A DNA stretch of 64,000 nucleotides from Leucoraja erinacea (GCF_028641065.1 NC_073404.1:26908001-26972000); one strand, 5' to 3'. Shown: positions 26,929 through 40,605, numbered from the stretch's first letter. Program-made: numbers and translations. The notes: a model not told the origin generated them from the sequence alone.

Positions 26929-28243
26929 CTCAAAGATCAAAATGATTGCAAGGATGAACAAAGGAATCAAAATGAATATTAAATATTTGATTTGGTCAAT
27001 ATTTAATGTCACAGGCTTCTAAACAAAATAATGTTGTTGAAAATTTCAGAGTGACAAGAAAAGGCCCATGCTTAGCCAGGAAATTGTTTCCAAAACTCCA
27101 GCAAAATGTGTGGGAATCCTGAAAAAATTTAGACTTATGGAGGTACAGGCAAAAGAAAACTGTTTTCCAGCAAGATTGTGTTATAATTTGAAATATTCCT
27201 AATTGAAAGTAAATTTAGAAATAAAAATAGACCAGTCAGCAATATATATGCGTCAATTAACCAGTACTTAATACCTCAACCTTTTGGAATTCTAGCAGAT
27301 ATGCTTACCATATACATAAATGAAATGGAAAAATGCCTGCCGAGACTTGCTTGGTAAATTCTAGAACTATAACATTACCATGTTAGGGAACTTAGTCTCA
27401 AAGAAGCTGACTTTCCGCTTTTGTTCTTCTGACAAATGCACTGGGATATCCATTTCAACATTGTACATAATCAGGTATTCCAACTTTCACACCAATTTTA
27501 AGAAATTTTAAGAACTCTCTCATTAGCATTGTGGTGACAAAGCAAACTACTTTGAAATATAAATATTTCGCAAGTTTTTCCACAATATATTTAATGATCA
27601 CTTTAAGGGATTATTTTGTTTTTTATTCATCCTAAATATCACATTACTACATTTCACAAAAAAAGACAAAATCTTCAGTAATTCAAATTTTAAAATTGGC
27701 AATTTTAAGTGTCCAAACATTTGCAGCTAATGTGGTCAGAAAGTAGAACAAAAATGTGGCGGACAAGTGTTGCACATGAAGTAGTTGCAGAAGATGGGAT
27801 TCTGGAAAAGGTTCAGATCTTTAGAGAAGTTGAGGATGTGTTTCACTGAAATGAGATGATGTTGTGGAAGTGGATGTAAACTTCCTTGTGAATGCTAGGT
27901 TGAAGATTCATTTTGATTTGGGTCAAAAGCAGATCACAAATTTTCCTTAACTGACTACCTTTACGCCACATATCTGCAAACGCCGGAATGTTACTTGATT
28001 CATCTATAATAAATATAACAATCTTAAAAAAAATGTGATTCTTTAAGGGAGTGATTAAAGTATTCTAATCATTTCTCAGGAAGAATTAATAAACTGACCC
28101 ATTACAGTCTATATAAAGCATGGAGAACATTTCACCACATCATAATTTAATAACCTATTGCGTATTGTTCTAAGTGAAACTGGACAAGAGAAAAATGTGG
28201 AAAACTATTTTTGCACTTATAACACACACATATTCACACACAC

Positions 28244-28413
28244 NNNNNNNNNNNNNNNNNNNNNNNNNNNNNNNNNNNNNNNNNNNNNNNNNNNNNNNNN
28301 NNNNNNNNNNNNNNNNNNNNNNNNNNNNNNNNNNNNNNNNNNNNNNNNNNNNNNNNNNNNNNNNNNNNNNNNNNNNNNNNNNNNNNNNNNNNNNNNNNNN
28401 NNNNNNNNNNNNN
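28244..28413. other. Assembly gap (170 N) within a (CA)n microsatellite
   Basis: Run of N flanked by CA-rich repeats on both sides. Confidence 0.97.
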
Positions 28414-31400
28414 CAAACACTAACACACACACATACATAACAAATGTAATAAAGCTGGAGTAGGATAAGGGAGGTATAGTCTTTGCCGGATTGCTTTTCA
28501 TGAGGGGAATAGACCTAGTACTTACTCAGATTAAGCATATTTGGAAGTGGTAGGGGAAAATTCAAGGAAGCAGAATTTGATATTGTTCAGTATTGTCTAT
28601 GGATCTGATGCACTAAAATGCACTCTGTATCTTCCCCTTTGCTCTACCTACTCGCTTTCTGCTTCATCTCTGACAACACATGAAACTTTCAATTTTCCCA
28701 GCTTCCTCAGGGAAATCACAACACACTGGTAGAAAACAAAGCTACTCAAAGTGCAAAAATAGTTCTTCCACTTATTTTTCTCTTGTCCATTTTGACTTGG
28801 AACAATATGCAATATGTTATTAAATTATGATTTGCTGAATTTTTCTCTATGCTTTATAGACTGTGGTCGATCAGTTTATTGTTCCTGGCTGAGGAATGAT
28901 TGGAGTATTTCAAACACAACCTTTAAGAATCACATTATTTTTTTATTTAATTTATTTATATTTATGTGTTCAGTTAATCTATCTCAGATGGAAGATTCCA
29001 GTCATAATCAGCTACGAATGATCTGCATATTGTGCTATGTATAAAGTGCAGACCAGGCACCAGCTCACTATTCTATTTCTGCCATTGTTTTACCACCAAA
29101 AGATTGGTATTCAATTAATTTGGTAATAATGGTGGAATTTTCAGCAATCTCGATGGCTACCAAACTTACGAACCCAATGTTATTAAAATTCCTGAAGGAG
29201 AAATGGCATATTTTATATGTTGTTCAGCTAATTCTTCCTTCCATATTCAAAGTATTGATCAATGCTAAAACCTTCCTTTGGGTGCTTTGGTTCCCAGTGA
29301 CATTCAAAAGATATGCTGATAAGTTAACTGGACTGCAAGTCGCCCATTTTTGTAGGTGAGAGGTAAAAGAATCAAAAGGGATAGTTGGTGGCCATGTGAA
29401 AGAAGTTGCACGTCTACAGGGGGATAAAGCGAGGATGAATGGTACTGGGACATATTAAACTGGTGGAAGCTGGCATAGACTCCATGAACCAAGTGGCCTT
29501 TGCCATAGTAAGTTTATCAAGGATGTCAATAGTATCCAACTATTTTGCCTTATGCTTCTGTATAATCTTACCTTTTAACAGTTGCACTATTACATTAACT
29601 AAACCACACTACTCATCATTGTGATGTCTCTCGGCTAGTTCCATTCAGTGATGTGATGGGATGAAATGTACATGAGATAGCAGGAAAAAAAAAATTCAAT
29701 CTGCAATCCATAAACCCAGATATTTCATTCACGATGCTCTCTGTGGCTTGATAAAAAAGTACAGTTATAACCACAGAAATTGGCTATTGCACGCAGCAAA
29801 AGTACCAAAATAAAGCTATAATTGTAAAAACTCAAACTGGGCCATGTTGATAACAATTCCTCATTATAGAAGCTTTTTAAATGATACTGCAACCACTTAC
29901 ATACACGCATCATTAAACAATCCAATTAAAAATATCACTGTATAATGTCAGAATATGCATTTGCACTGTGCTTTCAAGGTAGCCAACGTGCCTTAGGATG
30001 CCTCACACAACTTATGAGTTCTGATTATTAAAATATTTTGAAGGTACAAATTAGTTTCAGTGAACATATTCACATGAATTAATGAAGTAAAACTATTACT
30101 TACCACACGTACCACCATTCTTCATATAATCCTTATGCTTTTTCTTATTCTAAGTGGAGTTTTTTTTTTATATCAAGCACACATATTGTTATCAGCCCTC
30201 AGGGCAGACATTACAAATGTATTTTACACCAACCTGCGTAAAGTCAATTATGAATTTCTCTTTAAATATGTGTACCGTCAAGGAATAGCTCCCTCCAAAT
30301 CTGTCTACAGTGTTTAAGTACACATGGGTTCATGATTTGTTGGGGAAGCCCCAAAAGGAACCACACAAATAACTATGAAAGAGGAACCTAAAGTATCCAA
30401 TGAACGTGATTACAACTAGCAGTCGTCAAAATTCCTATTACGTAATCAATTATTTTATCTATCTTTGCTCGTCACCAAATGTGATCGTAGAGACAAAAAA
30501 AAAGGGAACCCAAGTTCTTGAGTGGAGTGTTTTTTTAAATTCGAGTGACAATGTCATCACATGCCCCAGATAATATGTTTACAGAAGGGAAGTACGCATA
30601 TCTTTGATAGTTCTTTCCAAGGCAAGCTGACAGAAGAATTATCGAACAAAATTCTCTATCAGGGCACATTATATATTGGGACAGACCAAAAGTTGATTAA
30701 AGTGAAAGGATATTCTTGAAGAAATAAAGAGTTGGGAAAGTGGGATGATTTCAGGAGGGTCGGGCAGTTGAGGACACAGTTGCCAAAAATATTAAACTTG
30801 AATAAGATCAGACTTTTAGAAGTATAGGGAAGCATGTACAAAATGTCAATTATTTCTTCACCTGCTCTCTTTCCAAAATGGTCATTTCTGATTGATTCCA
30901 GAATCAGGCTCCATTTATTCTTACACAAAAATAAATAGTTCTGTTTGTTTAAAGAAGAATATGGAATTTGTTTCAAATGAAAACACAACACTCACTAACC
31001 AGTTCTACCTGGAATAACCAACCAACCAACTCAGAGACAGAGTATTAATGGTCACACGTCCTCATTTTGCCTCCACACACCTATCCTACCCAATTCTCAG
31101 TAAAAAGCAGACTTTTCACTTGTACAGAAGGACAAGCCTTGAATTCTGCATTGTAAACAAAGCAACTACACTTGAAGACTTACAATACTGATTAATTTAG
31201 AGATGAGCCTGAAAACTGCTGCTTTAAATTCTGTTGTGTAAATGACATTCAAAGCTGGTCAGAATAACACAAAAGAACCTTTGCCTTTGTCACCATTGGT
31301 TTAATGGAAAAAAAAGGGCAAAGTTTGGAAAGTTGAAGAGTAATTTAGGGAAATGTGAGGTTATCCATTTAGAACAGAAAATACAAAGTATTGTTAGAAC

Positions 31401-31435
31401 GGAGAGTGACAGCAGAATACCACCATACAGAGAGA

Positions 31436-31624
31436 GGGTTACACAAAAAAGCTGGAGAAACTCAGCGGGTGCAGCAGCATCTATGGAGCGAAGGAGATAG
31501 GCAACGTTTCGGGCCCGAAACGTTGCCTATCTCCTTCGCTCCATAGATGCTGCTGCACCCGCTGAGTTTCTCCAGCTTTTTTGTGTAACCTTCAATTCTC
31601 CAGCATCTGCAGTTCCCTCTTAAA
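31436..31624. mobile_element. Penelope-like terminal-repeat insertion forming a perfect 154-bp palindrome, 15-bp TSD
   Basis: Arms 31437-31513 and 31514-31590 are exact reverse complements; CACCATACAGAGAGA duplicated at 31421-31435 and 31625-31639; interrupts an old CR1 remnant (~31340-32030). Confidence 0.9.
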
Positions 31625-32637
31625 CACCATACAGAGAGATCTGGGCATCCTCCTAGATCAAACAGAGGAATTTAGCATGCAGACACATTTGAAATCCAAA
31701 TGATTTGTCTTTATTGCAAAAATGATCGACTATAGGAGGAGGAGGTCTTGCCACAAGTGTATTGGTGAGATCATGCTTGGAATATTTTGTTTCTTTATTT
31801 GAGAAGCAATGTACATACATGCACCAGAGAGAGTTCAGAGGAAGTTACCAAGTTGACTACTCATGGTCTCATAATATTTTCAAGGCACAGGCAGATAAAT
31901 ATTTGACAAGGAAGGTTTGGAGGTTGTTGCCAGTAGATGGAGATGAAAAATCAGTAATACAGACCAGCCATTATCTTAATAATTGGGGGAGCAAAACCGA
32001 GGGGCTGAATGGTCTCATACTCATTCCGATTCATATTATAATACAAAATATAGATAACATGTTGCTATTGGGAAATGAGTATGATCGAGGACTAGGTGGA
32101 AGGTGATCAAGAATTGAATGAAGGTGATATGCAAAGAAGTGATGAGGAAAAAAATATTTTTATTTGTTAAAATCAAGAGGTGCTTAAGGTCTTTAATACC
32201 CTTACTGGGCAATTGTGGAGGTTTCACGTAGAATTCAAGAGGGCTGAATAACTATATGAAAATAAAAAATGTAGTTCTATGGAGAGATAGCATGGGGATG
32301 GGTCAAATTAGATTTATCTTGCATAAAACAGGAATGGACTTGGCAGGCTTAATGACAGCATTTTATGCCATATCCATTCTGTAATTATATGACAATTTAT
32401 CAGGCAAGTCACAAAGAGACTCAACTTCAGTGCAATAAGATGTTCGATATCTCTATTTGGGTTTAAGTACTATTTTGCACTTGCATTGTTTCATCCAAAA
32501 GATGTGCAATTGAACTTCCTGTGATAAAACTTGAAATAGCTTCTGCATACCAAAATTAAATTGAAGCTGCCAACCTAGACGCTCTGTGACAGAAGCTTCC
32601 ACTTTGTTTGGAAGTTGTTTAAAGTAATGGTTCATGC

Positions 32638-32950
32638 TTTAGAATCAGACAGTACGGAAACAAGATTCTGGCCTATCAAGACTGTGCTGACCATCAAGCA
32701 TCCATTTACACTTGCCGCATATTCCCCTCCAGCATCCTCATCCATTTCCCTCGATTCCCCTGACACCCACCTACACTAGGACCAATTTACATTTGACCAT
32801 AACAATAAGCTACTGATCAGCACATCTTTGGGATCTGGGAAGAAGTAAGAGCACTTGACATCAACCCTCATGGTCAAGGGAAAACAGGCAATCTCCACAC
32901 ATACAGCACTGAGGTCAGGATTGAACCTGGAGCAATTAACCATTGTGCCA
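32638..32950 (-). mobile_element. HE1/V-SINE-like element, decayed
   Basis: Collinear with 24747-25055 (acatctttgggatctgggagaa..., gaggtcaggattgaacctgg). Confidence 0.65.
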
Positions 32951-33132
32951 ATGTTGTGACTACTGGGGAACTAAAACAAATAGTAAACCTTTTCAGAATA
33001 TTTAAGATTCCCATTTGAATCATACTCTCTGATAAAATATTTTAGTTATTCCTACTGACAATCCCACCTTCAGCCAGGATATGCTGTGAAGATCATTGAA
33101 GCTAAGGAATTGAGGCATAGGACTATATATAT

Positions 33133-33312
33133 ACATTGTCCTCCATAATGTTTGGGACAAAGGCCAATCATTTATTTATTTGCCTCTGTACCCCACAATT
33201 TGAAATTTGTAATAGAAAGAAAATCACATGTGGTTAAAGTGCACATTGTCAGGTTTCATTGAAGGCCATTTTTATACATTTTGGTTTCACCATGTAGAAA
33301 TTACAGCTGTGT
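33133..33312 (+). mobile_element. Tc1-like left-end fragment, second copy
   Basis: High similarity to 20193-20364 and its continuation after 20510. Confidence 0.65.
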
Positions 33313-33784
33313 AGCAAAACAGAGGTATTAGAAATTTTAAAACACATTAAAAACTATAAAATTCCTCGGGCCTGACCAAGTGCATCCTCAGACCTTGTGG
33401 AAAGATAGGGAGTAAATCGTGGATCTTTAGCCACAGGTGAAGTTGTGGAAGACTGAAGAGTGGTTAATGCTGTAATATTTATAAGTACAACTTGGACATA
33501 CCTGGGAACAGCAGGTCAGTGAGCGTGACCGCATTTATGAAAACGATATTGGCGGGGATTTATAGGGGCAGGATCTATCTGAATATGGATAGGCATGGTT
33601 TGATAAAGGATGAGAGCTTAAACATTAATCTGCAACTCCTTTCACATAACACGCAGAATGTTGTTAAAAGTTCCTGTCGGTCCTTCAGATTTTTCGATCT
33701 GGAATAGTTCCCAATTTGAATTTTTGGATCAATTCATATGCAAACAAAATATAACTCGCTACCTCTACAAAATATAATGCCTAC

Positions 33785-33903
33785 CTCTATAAAGCAATTT
33801 TTGACTCCCAGTTGAACTTCTCCATCACAAGCTCGTAACATCGTTTCCATTTCCTCTCGTACAACATAGCTCCCAGATTCATTTGCAAAGAGGTTAAAAA
33901 TAT
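33785..33903 (-). CDS. USP32: USP32 coding exon (exon 4 equivalent), 119 bp
   Basis: (Y)IFNLFANESGSYVVREEMETMLRACDGEVQLGVKNCFIE; ttacag acceptor, gtaggc donor; phase 1 start completes TAT with the previous exon. Confidence 0.95.
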
Positions 33904-34558
33904 CTGTAACGGAAATACGCACATCAAAATGCAGTCCACAAAATATTTTCATGTTTTTATGGAGATGGGGACATCTCTAAATTATTTCACTGTTCCTCCC
34001 CAACCCCCAGCCTAAACTCTAGATAGTTAAAACAATTGGTGACTGAATGCAACAATCTTTACAGACATTTATTTTGCCAGCTATTAAATTCAATTGGTGC
34101 ATTTGAGGAAGACAAATTACCTATTCCAACTTCTCTAAGTATTTATTCAGGTTACCGTCATAATATGGCATTCTAATTTTGATAAATAGATATAATTTTG
34201 ATAAAATTATCAACTTCAAACAAACATAGCAAATAATACTTTTTTAGTAAAGAAGCCTTTGTCATTTTGCTAATTTTATTGTTACAACCTGTTTAAGCTA
34301 AGAAAATGGCAGGCACGTTATAATTTTTGTCACATCACAATGTTAAAATTAATAGTCTAAAGAAAATGTTGAACTCTGTCATAGAAATATACACATTTCC
34401 AATAACATCTTTGATTCTTCATTTGGAGGAGACCCGCTACGACCCCAAATGAAAAATTACAACTGTTTTAATAATAAATCAATGCTAAAGAATGCAGTCT
34501 CCATCAGTAATCAGTAATGTATATAAAGATTTGCAGATCATTGTTTTGCAATACTTAC

Positions 34559-34664
34559 ACTTCGCCTTTTCTTCATCCCTTCCCCTGGTCAGGAGGACTA
34601 GCCCCACTATTAAATTATTAAAATGAAGGCCCTTTGATGTTCCGCCAAATGAATGGTAAATAAC
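34559..34664 (-). CDS. USP32: USP32 coding exon (human exon 3 equivalent), 106 bp
   Basis: Translates to VIYHSFGGTSKGLHFNNLIVGLVLLTRGRDEEKAK, near-identical to recalled human USP32 VIYCSFGGTSKGLHFNNLIVGLVLLTRGKDEEKAK; ctttag acceptor, gtaagt donor; ends in phase 1. Confidence 0.97.
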
Positions 34665-36262
34665 CTAAAGAAGGAAAAAAAAATCAAGAATTGAGAAATT
34701 ATATTGCAATAAGAGTTTTGGAAGAATTCAATTATGTAAACATTTTACAAAATGGAAGCAGCTGAATTCCTTTACAGAATTGAATGAAATACTAATTCTC
34801 CATTTTCCTTTTAAGTATTTTACAGTCACTTTATCCACAGCTTCAGTATCCATCGGAGGAAACTCGTTCATTCATTGCGCGTTACGTACTCATTGACGAC
34901 ATTAGTTTATTTTTGCAACTATATATTGTTCCTTTTAAGCGTGGCAGTTGTGTGCTTGGGCAGCAATACAACATTACAAAACTTTATAAGAAAACTGTTA
35001 AAGCGCAATAGCAAGCAAATGCAAACAATGCCATCCCCCCCCAAACAAGATGATTTGGCTAATGGATACTAGCGTAATGAGAAACTGCGCAAACGAAACA
35101 GCTATATGGCACATGCATCAATGCAGTAGCAAAGTTCAACAGTCTGTTACAAAAAACTGCACGATGCATAACTCAAATGGGGCGACATCTCCATATATCC
35201 TATTACAGTTTTTTCAAGAGTTCAACAAAATTTCAAAGAATTATGGACCATGATATTAGCAGGGACTGGTTTCAATTATTATGCCTGATGGGTGGGATAG
35301 AAAAGCAAACAGAAACAGACATAAGTATTCTGTGTTATGGAGAAAGCCATCAGAATATTAAATTTGTACAAAGAAATTTAATTAGACACTTAACAAACTT
35401 AAATTTGCTATTAGCTGTAGATTACACAGAGCTGGTAACAGACTGCCTTCAACCGAGCAAATAAGCTCCAGCTGAGCTCCCTACAATTACAACTTCCCTC
35501 TATCCTGAGGTGAGAAATATAGATGTTTGCTAATAACTTCACAATTTTCAGCTGTGCAAAACTCTCCAGATAAGGAATTACTCCACAGAATTCATTGCCG
35601 TGGAGGCCAAGTCTTTGGGCATTTTTAAAGCAGAGATTGATAGGTTCTTGATTAGTAAGGGCGCCAAAGGTTACGGGGAGAAGGCAGGAGAATGGGGTCG
35701 AGAGGGAAAAATAGATCAGCCTTGATTGAATGACGGAACAGACTCGATGTGCCAAATAGCCTAATTCTACTGATATATCTTATGAACGTATGAGCATGCC
35801 TGATGCAGATGGACCTTGTCAACATCCAGGCATGGGCTATTAAGTGACAAGCAACATTCTAGCTACATTAGCACTTGCCAAGGACTAGCATCAACAAGAC
35901 AAGACTGTAATTAATAGCAGTGTTTTGAAGATCAATGTTAGTCAGAAATGCAACTGAACCAAATTCCACAGCAATAAAAGAAATGCAGAAATCATTTAAT
36001 CATGGCAGATATCCAATATTTTTTTACTACAATTTCTGGAGATATCAGAGGGAAATATAGATTCTGATATGAACAACAGAGAGAGGGGTGGAAATTAGTA
36101 GCAAGTAGATAAATGACATGATTCATTTACAACTCTTCCCTCAATTCGCTTGACATCTTCACCTCAATCAGAGGATAGTTTAGCTATAATTTAGTCCATT
36201 ATAGTCCCAACAATTACTGCAACTACCTCGACTACACCTTCTCCCACCTTGCACGTTGTTTA

Positions 36263-36619
36263 AGGGCCTGTCCCACTTTCCCGAGTTATTCACAAATTCT
36301 CCCGAGTTATTCACGAATTCTCCCGAGTTTTCAAACTCACAGAATGTTCGTAACGAGTCCGTAGGAGTCCTTGGATATAGCCTAGCAGCTCGTTATGCCA
36401 GCCGTAGGTACTCGGGGAATCAGGTAAGTTGGGACATTTTTTCCAGCCTGATGAAAAATGTCCATGAATAAAAGAATAGCCCCGAGTATCTACGGCTGTC
36501 ATAACGAGCCGCTACGATATATCCACGGACTCCTACGGCATCCTACGGCCTCATTACGAACATTCTGCGAGTTTGAAAACTCGGGAGAATTCGTGAGTAA
36601 CTCGGGAAAGTGGGACAGG
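36263..36619. mobile_element. PIF/Harbinger-type MITE, copy 3 (right TIR clipped)
   Basis: TTA|AGGGCCTGTCCCACT at left, AGTGGGACAGG at right; long internal inverted repeat; 21-bp tandem duplication near the left end. Confidence 0.82.
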
Positions 36620-36639
36620 ATATTTATTCTTTCAGTTTT

Positions 36640-37315
36640 TGTCATGCCCTGGAGACAAGACTTCCCACACCGTTGCCTTTTAGATGTCTTCCTTTTCTCC
36701 TAACCATGGCTTTCCTTTTATTGTAGTTAACAAAAGGCACTCAAATGTTTCTTCTCCATATTCTACATTACTGCTTTCAATTACTTCTTCCAGTCAAAAT
36801 AAGGTTTGGGTTACCTTAATATTTTCCATTCATTCATTCCTTTCTACCTCATACTATCAACAGACCATCTTCCATAATTCCTGTCAGCTCTAACAGACTT
36901 GCACTACCAAAGACTGGGCGCATACAGATTTACAGAATACCTCTGTTCAATCTGCAAGAGCAACTCCAAGCTGCCAACTTCCTGTCACTTTAATTCCCTG
37001 TTCTGATCTTACTCTGCTGTCTTGCATTGTTTCAACGATGCCTAATGCAATCAAGGAATAGCACCTCATCTTTACAACCTTCAAGACTTAATACACAAAT
37101 TGCGAATTCTGAATAAAACACTTCTTACCTCGATATTTCTTGCTTCATAATTTTATTTCTCTCCAGTCCACAACTAATTTTCATAGTAATTGTTCTTGCA
37201 CCTCTAATTCTGATAAAGAGTCTTTGATTAAAAACCAAATTCTGTTTTTCTGCCCATAAGACTCAACCAACTAGGTGTTTTCAACATCTTGGTCTTATTT
37301 CAAATTTACAGTATC
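36640..37315 (+). mobile_element. Old, highly decayed Penelope-like 3' fragment
   Basis: Residual motifs cactttaattccc, aaggaatagcacctcatc and ttctgataaagagtc resemble the PLE GIY-YIG C-terminus and terminal repeat. Confidence 0.5.
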
Positions 37316-38559
37316 AAGTGTTTTTTGAAGTGAGAAGGTTAGTTCCTATTTATTTCACAAGGAAAACTCTATTCCATTTGTTATTTAAGGCTGCAATTAA
37401 TAGGAATGCATTTCCAGGTATTATAAAGATATACATTGTAAGGTGCAAAGGAGATCAGCACTTTGTTGCTCGTCACTGCAAAGATAAATACTGTAAGCTT
37501 AAAAATAAAATAACCAGCATGTACATGGGATTTACATGGTTAGTTACATGGAACCTAATTATCCTTGCCGAGTCAATATTAATTCTTCATGAAATGCACA
37601 TATAATTTCCTTTTTTCCTTTTTTAGATCGCATTAAAACACGCATCTATTTTCGCACTGTTAATCATTCAACATTGATATGGCCCATATGCATAGGCATT
37701 GGAAGATTACTCCATATTCTATTATCCATTTCATGGACCACCTCTTGCATGCTCGCACTACAAATTGTGTGACGATTAAGAACAAGACCAAAAATGTACG
37801 ATATAACTTTATTTATCCCAGGAGGGAAATTGATCTGCCAACAGTCATTAAAACTAAAAATACATGAAAAATGAAATTAAAGTCACGAATGGAAAGGATT
37901 GGGGATGTGCAAAGATTGGGGAGTGGGGGGGTGTCAGTCTCAGACTATCCCACGACAGAGGGGAGAGGAGTTGTACACTGCTACCGTAGAATTGGTGCTA
38001 GCGAAGCATCATTCTGCCAAATCACAATCAGTCAAGGAATCAGATGTCTGACAGAGGTTTTTAAAAGGATATTCAAAACACATGTAACTGATTAAAAAAA
38101 ATATCAGTAAAGTATAAAAAAAACCACAACAGTAAACTAAATCAGTAGAAACTAGGAACTGTAAATGCTGGTTTACAAAGAAAATGCTGGAGTAACTCAG
38201 CGGGTCAGGCAGCAAGCATCATGGAGAACATAGATAGGCGACTTCAGGTCAGGACCCTCCTTCAGACACGAGTTCAACACAGAGGATAAAGGTGGGGTCA
38301 GGGGGTGGGTTGGCCGATTGACATAAGTACAGAAAAAATAGAAAGTAAGAAACATTGAAGAGGTTTCTAAAACCACAACGTTTAAAAGGAAGGGGCAGGA
38401 GGGTTTGTGGTATTTGTCGGCTTGTTGTCACGCTGATAGTGAATGGAAACTGGGTTGTTGTACTTGAGAGGATGGAGGTGGCAGAATGTTGCACAGCAAT
38501 TACTATCTAAATTAACTTCAGAATTGCCGAGGCATATGGCAAGAGTGCTCGAGAATGTT

Positions 38560-39515
38560 TAATTAATCATATGTCATGAAAATGGAACAATTAATTTTTT
38601 ATTTGCACTATACTCAGATAACATAACAGACAAAAAAATGCAAAAAACAAATAATTAGCGTAAAACAAAAGTCTTTAGTGCAGGTTTAGTTGGTGTCTAA
38701 TGTTCAGGAACCAGATGGATGTTGGGGAGAAGCTGTACTCCTGAACATGGAGCTCATAGCTCTCAAACCCGTATCTTCTTCCGGTTGGCAGGTGTTAAAT
38801 AAGAGTGTAGCCAGGGTGGTACAGGTCCTTGATGATGCTGGCTGTCTTTTTGCTGCAGCCTCTCCTATGAATCCCTACGATAGTGGGGTCAATATCTGTG
38901 ATGGACCCAGCAGAATATGCCACTTTTTGTACTCGCCTTTATTCCTGGGTGTTCGATTTGCTGAACCAGGCTGCGATGCAACCAGTCAATATGTTCTCCT
39001 GTACAGTTTCAAGTGAGTATTCATACTGAATCATCTCAATGTTCTAAGGAAGTAGAGGCATTGATGGGCTTTCTTTATGATGCTTTCATCAATGTGCTGG
39101 GCCCAGGACAGATCTTTGGAGGCATGCACACCCGGGAACTTGAAGTTGTTGACTGTCCACCACAGACCCATTGATGAATGCAGATTTGTAGATCCTTGGC
39201 CTACCCCTTAAAATCAATTAGCTCCTTAGTCTTACTGACATTGTGAGCAAGGTTGGTGCTGCACAAATCAGACCATCTATCTCTCTCCTATACTCAGACT
39301 CATCATTACCCATAACTCATCCAACATCATGGGTTTTGTCGGCGAATTTAAAGTTTAAGTTGGAACAGTGTCCAGCCACATAATCATTAGTATAGAGCGA
39401 CTGGGCACACAACCTTGAGGTGCCCTTGTGCTGATACTTATCAAGGAAGATGTGCAGTTGTCAATTTACACCAATTGTGGTCTGTTGAGGAAGTCAAGGA
39501 TCCAGTTGCAAAGTA
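38560..39515 (-). mobile_element. Rex1/Babar-like LINE fragment
   Basis: Similar in reverse to 55030-56260 (gtcaaggatccagttgca, aggaacttgaag-like, gtccttgatgatgctggc); many indels. Confidence 0.6.
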
Positions 39516-39519
39516 ATGT

Positions 39520-40068
39520 GCAGACAGCACCTCCTCTACCCTCATCCACTGCATCAGGTGTTCCCGATGGAGCCACCTCAACTATGGAGACCAGGCGTAG
39601 ACGCAGCAACCATTTTGCCAACACTTACAAACCACTTTACCCCCGAGTTGTTAACCATTTCAACTCCTCTTCCCATTATGATCTTTGCCCTGGACCTCCT
39701 CCATTACCAGAGTGAGGCGACACACAAACCTGAGGAACAGCATCACATATTCCATTTGGGTAGCTGTATGAACACATAATTCTCCAATTTTAGGTAACTG
39801 CTGCAAAACATCCCCCAACCCTCCTTCTTCCCCATTGCTTCCTTTCTTCCCCCCCAGCTCTCTTCCCTATGCACACCCAATTATCCCCTCTCCCTCAATC
39901 CTTCTTCTAGATTCACAATCCTTTTGTCTCATACCTCCTGTCTTTTCATTGCTGGCCTTTGTCCAACCATCTGCCTATCAAAATCCACCTGTTACCTGCC
40001 AGGCTTTGTCCTGCCCCTCTTCACTTCCAGCTTTCTTCTCCCACCCCTTAACAATCAGTCTGAAGAAC
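39520..40068 (+). mobile_element. Penelope-like element 3' end (GIY-YIG remnant and UTR)
   Basis: Fragments GETRRR..NHF, VNHFNSSSH and QSEATHKPEEQHHIFHLGS; pyrimidine-rich UTR ending at cagtctgaagaa (first half of the hammerhead core). Confidence 0.75.
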
Positions 40069-40159
40069 AGTGACAACCCAGCCAATCAGAAGGATTCAAG
40101 CCTTTTACTGCAATACTTCAAAAATACCAGCATGCATAAAATGAAAAATTTCTTGCAAT

Positions 40160-40605
40160 CTTCGAAGTTCAAGTTCACAAGGGATCGCCCTGTTAAAGTC
40201 AGCGCCGCGTCCTCGGCTAGAAGCTCCGCAGACCACAGCTCCACGGTGTTAAAGTCGGCAGGCCAAACACTCTGGAGCTCCAACACTGGCAATCCCCGGC
40301 AAGGGATCACTCCGTGATAATTCCACGCTGCGCCTGCTGCTGAAGCTCTGGGCCAGTCTTGGGGGGGAAATGCCACGCCAATCCAGTTGGTAGGCCGCGA
40401 GAGAGGAGGGGGTAAAGATGTGACACGGTGAAAAGACGCATCTCCGTCCAGGTAAGTGACTGAAAAACGGTTTCCCTTTATTCTCACCCCGCATAAGACA
40501 TACGAAGAAACATTAAAAAATACATTTAAACGCACTAAAAATAACAAAAAGGGTGAATGGACTAACGAGCTGCTGGAGAGGCAGCCACTGGCGAGGAAGC
40601 ATCCT
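40160..40605. repeat. Unclassified CpG-rich interspersed repeat, copy A
   Basis: Shares ggctagaagctccgcagaccacagctccacg.tgttaaagtc and ggagctccaacactggc with 51730-52075. Confidence 0.7.

Noticed and set aside
28158-28501. Several ORFs containing X runs
   Set aside because: Artefacts of the N gap.
36278-36330. Short direct repeats resembling a CRISPR-like array
   Set aside because: Only a 21-bp tandem duplication inside a MITE arm; no spacers; eukaryotic context.
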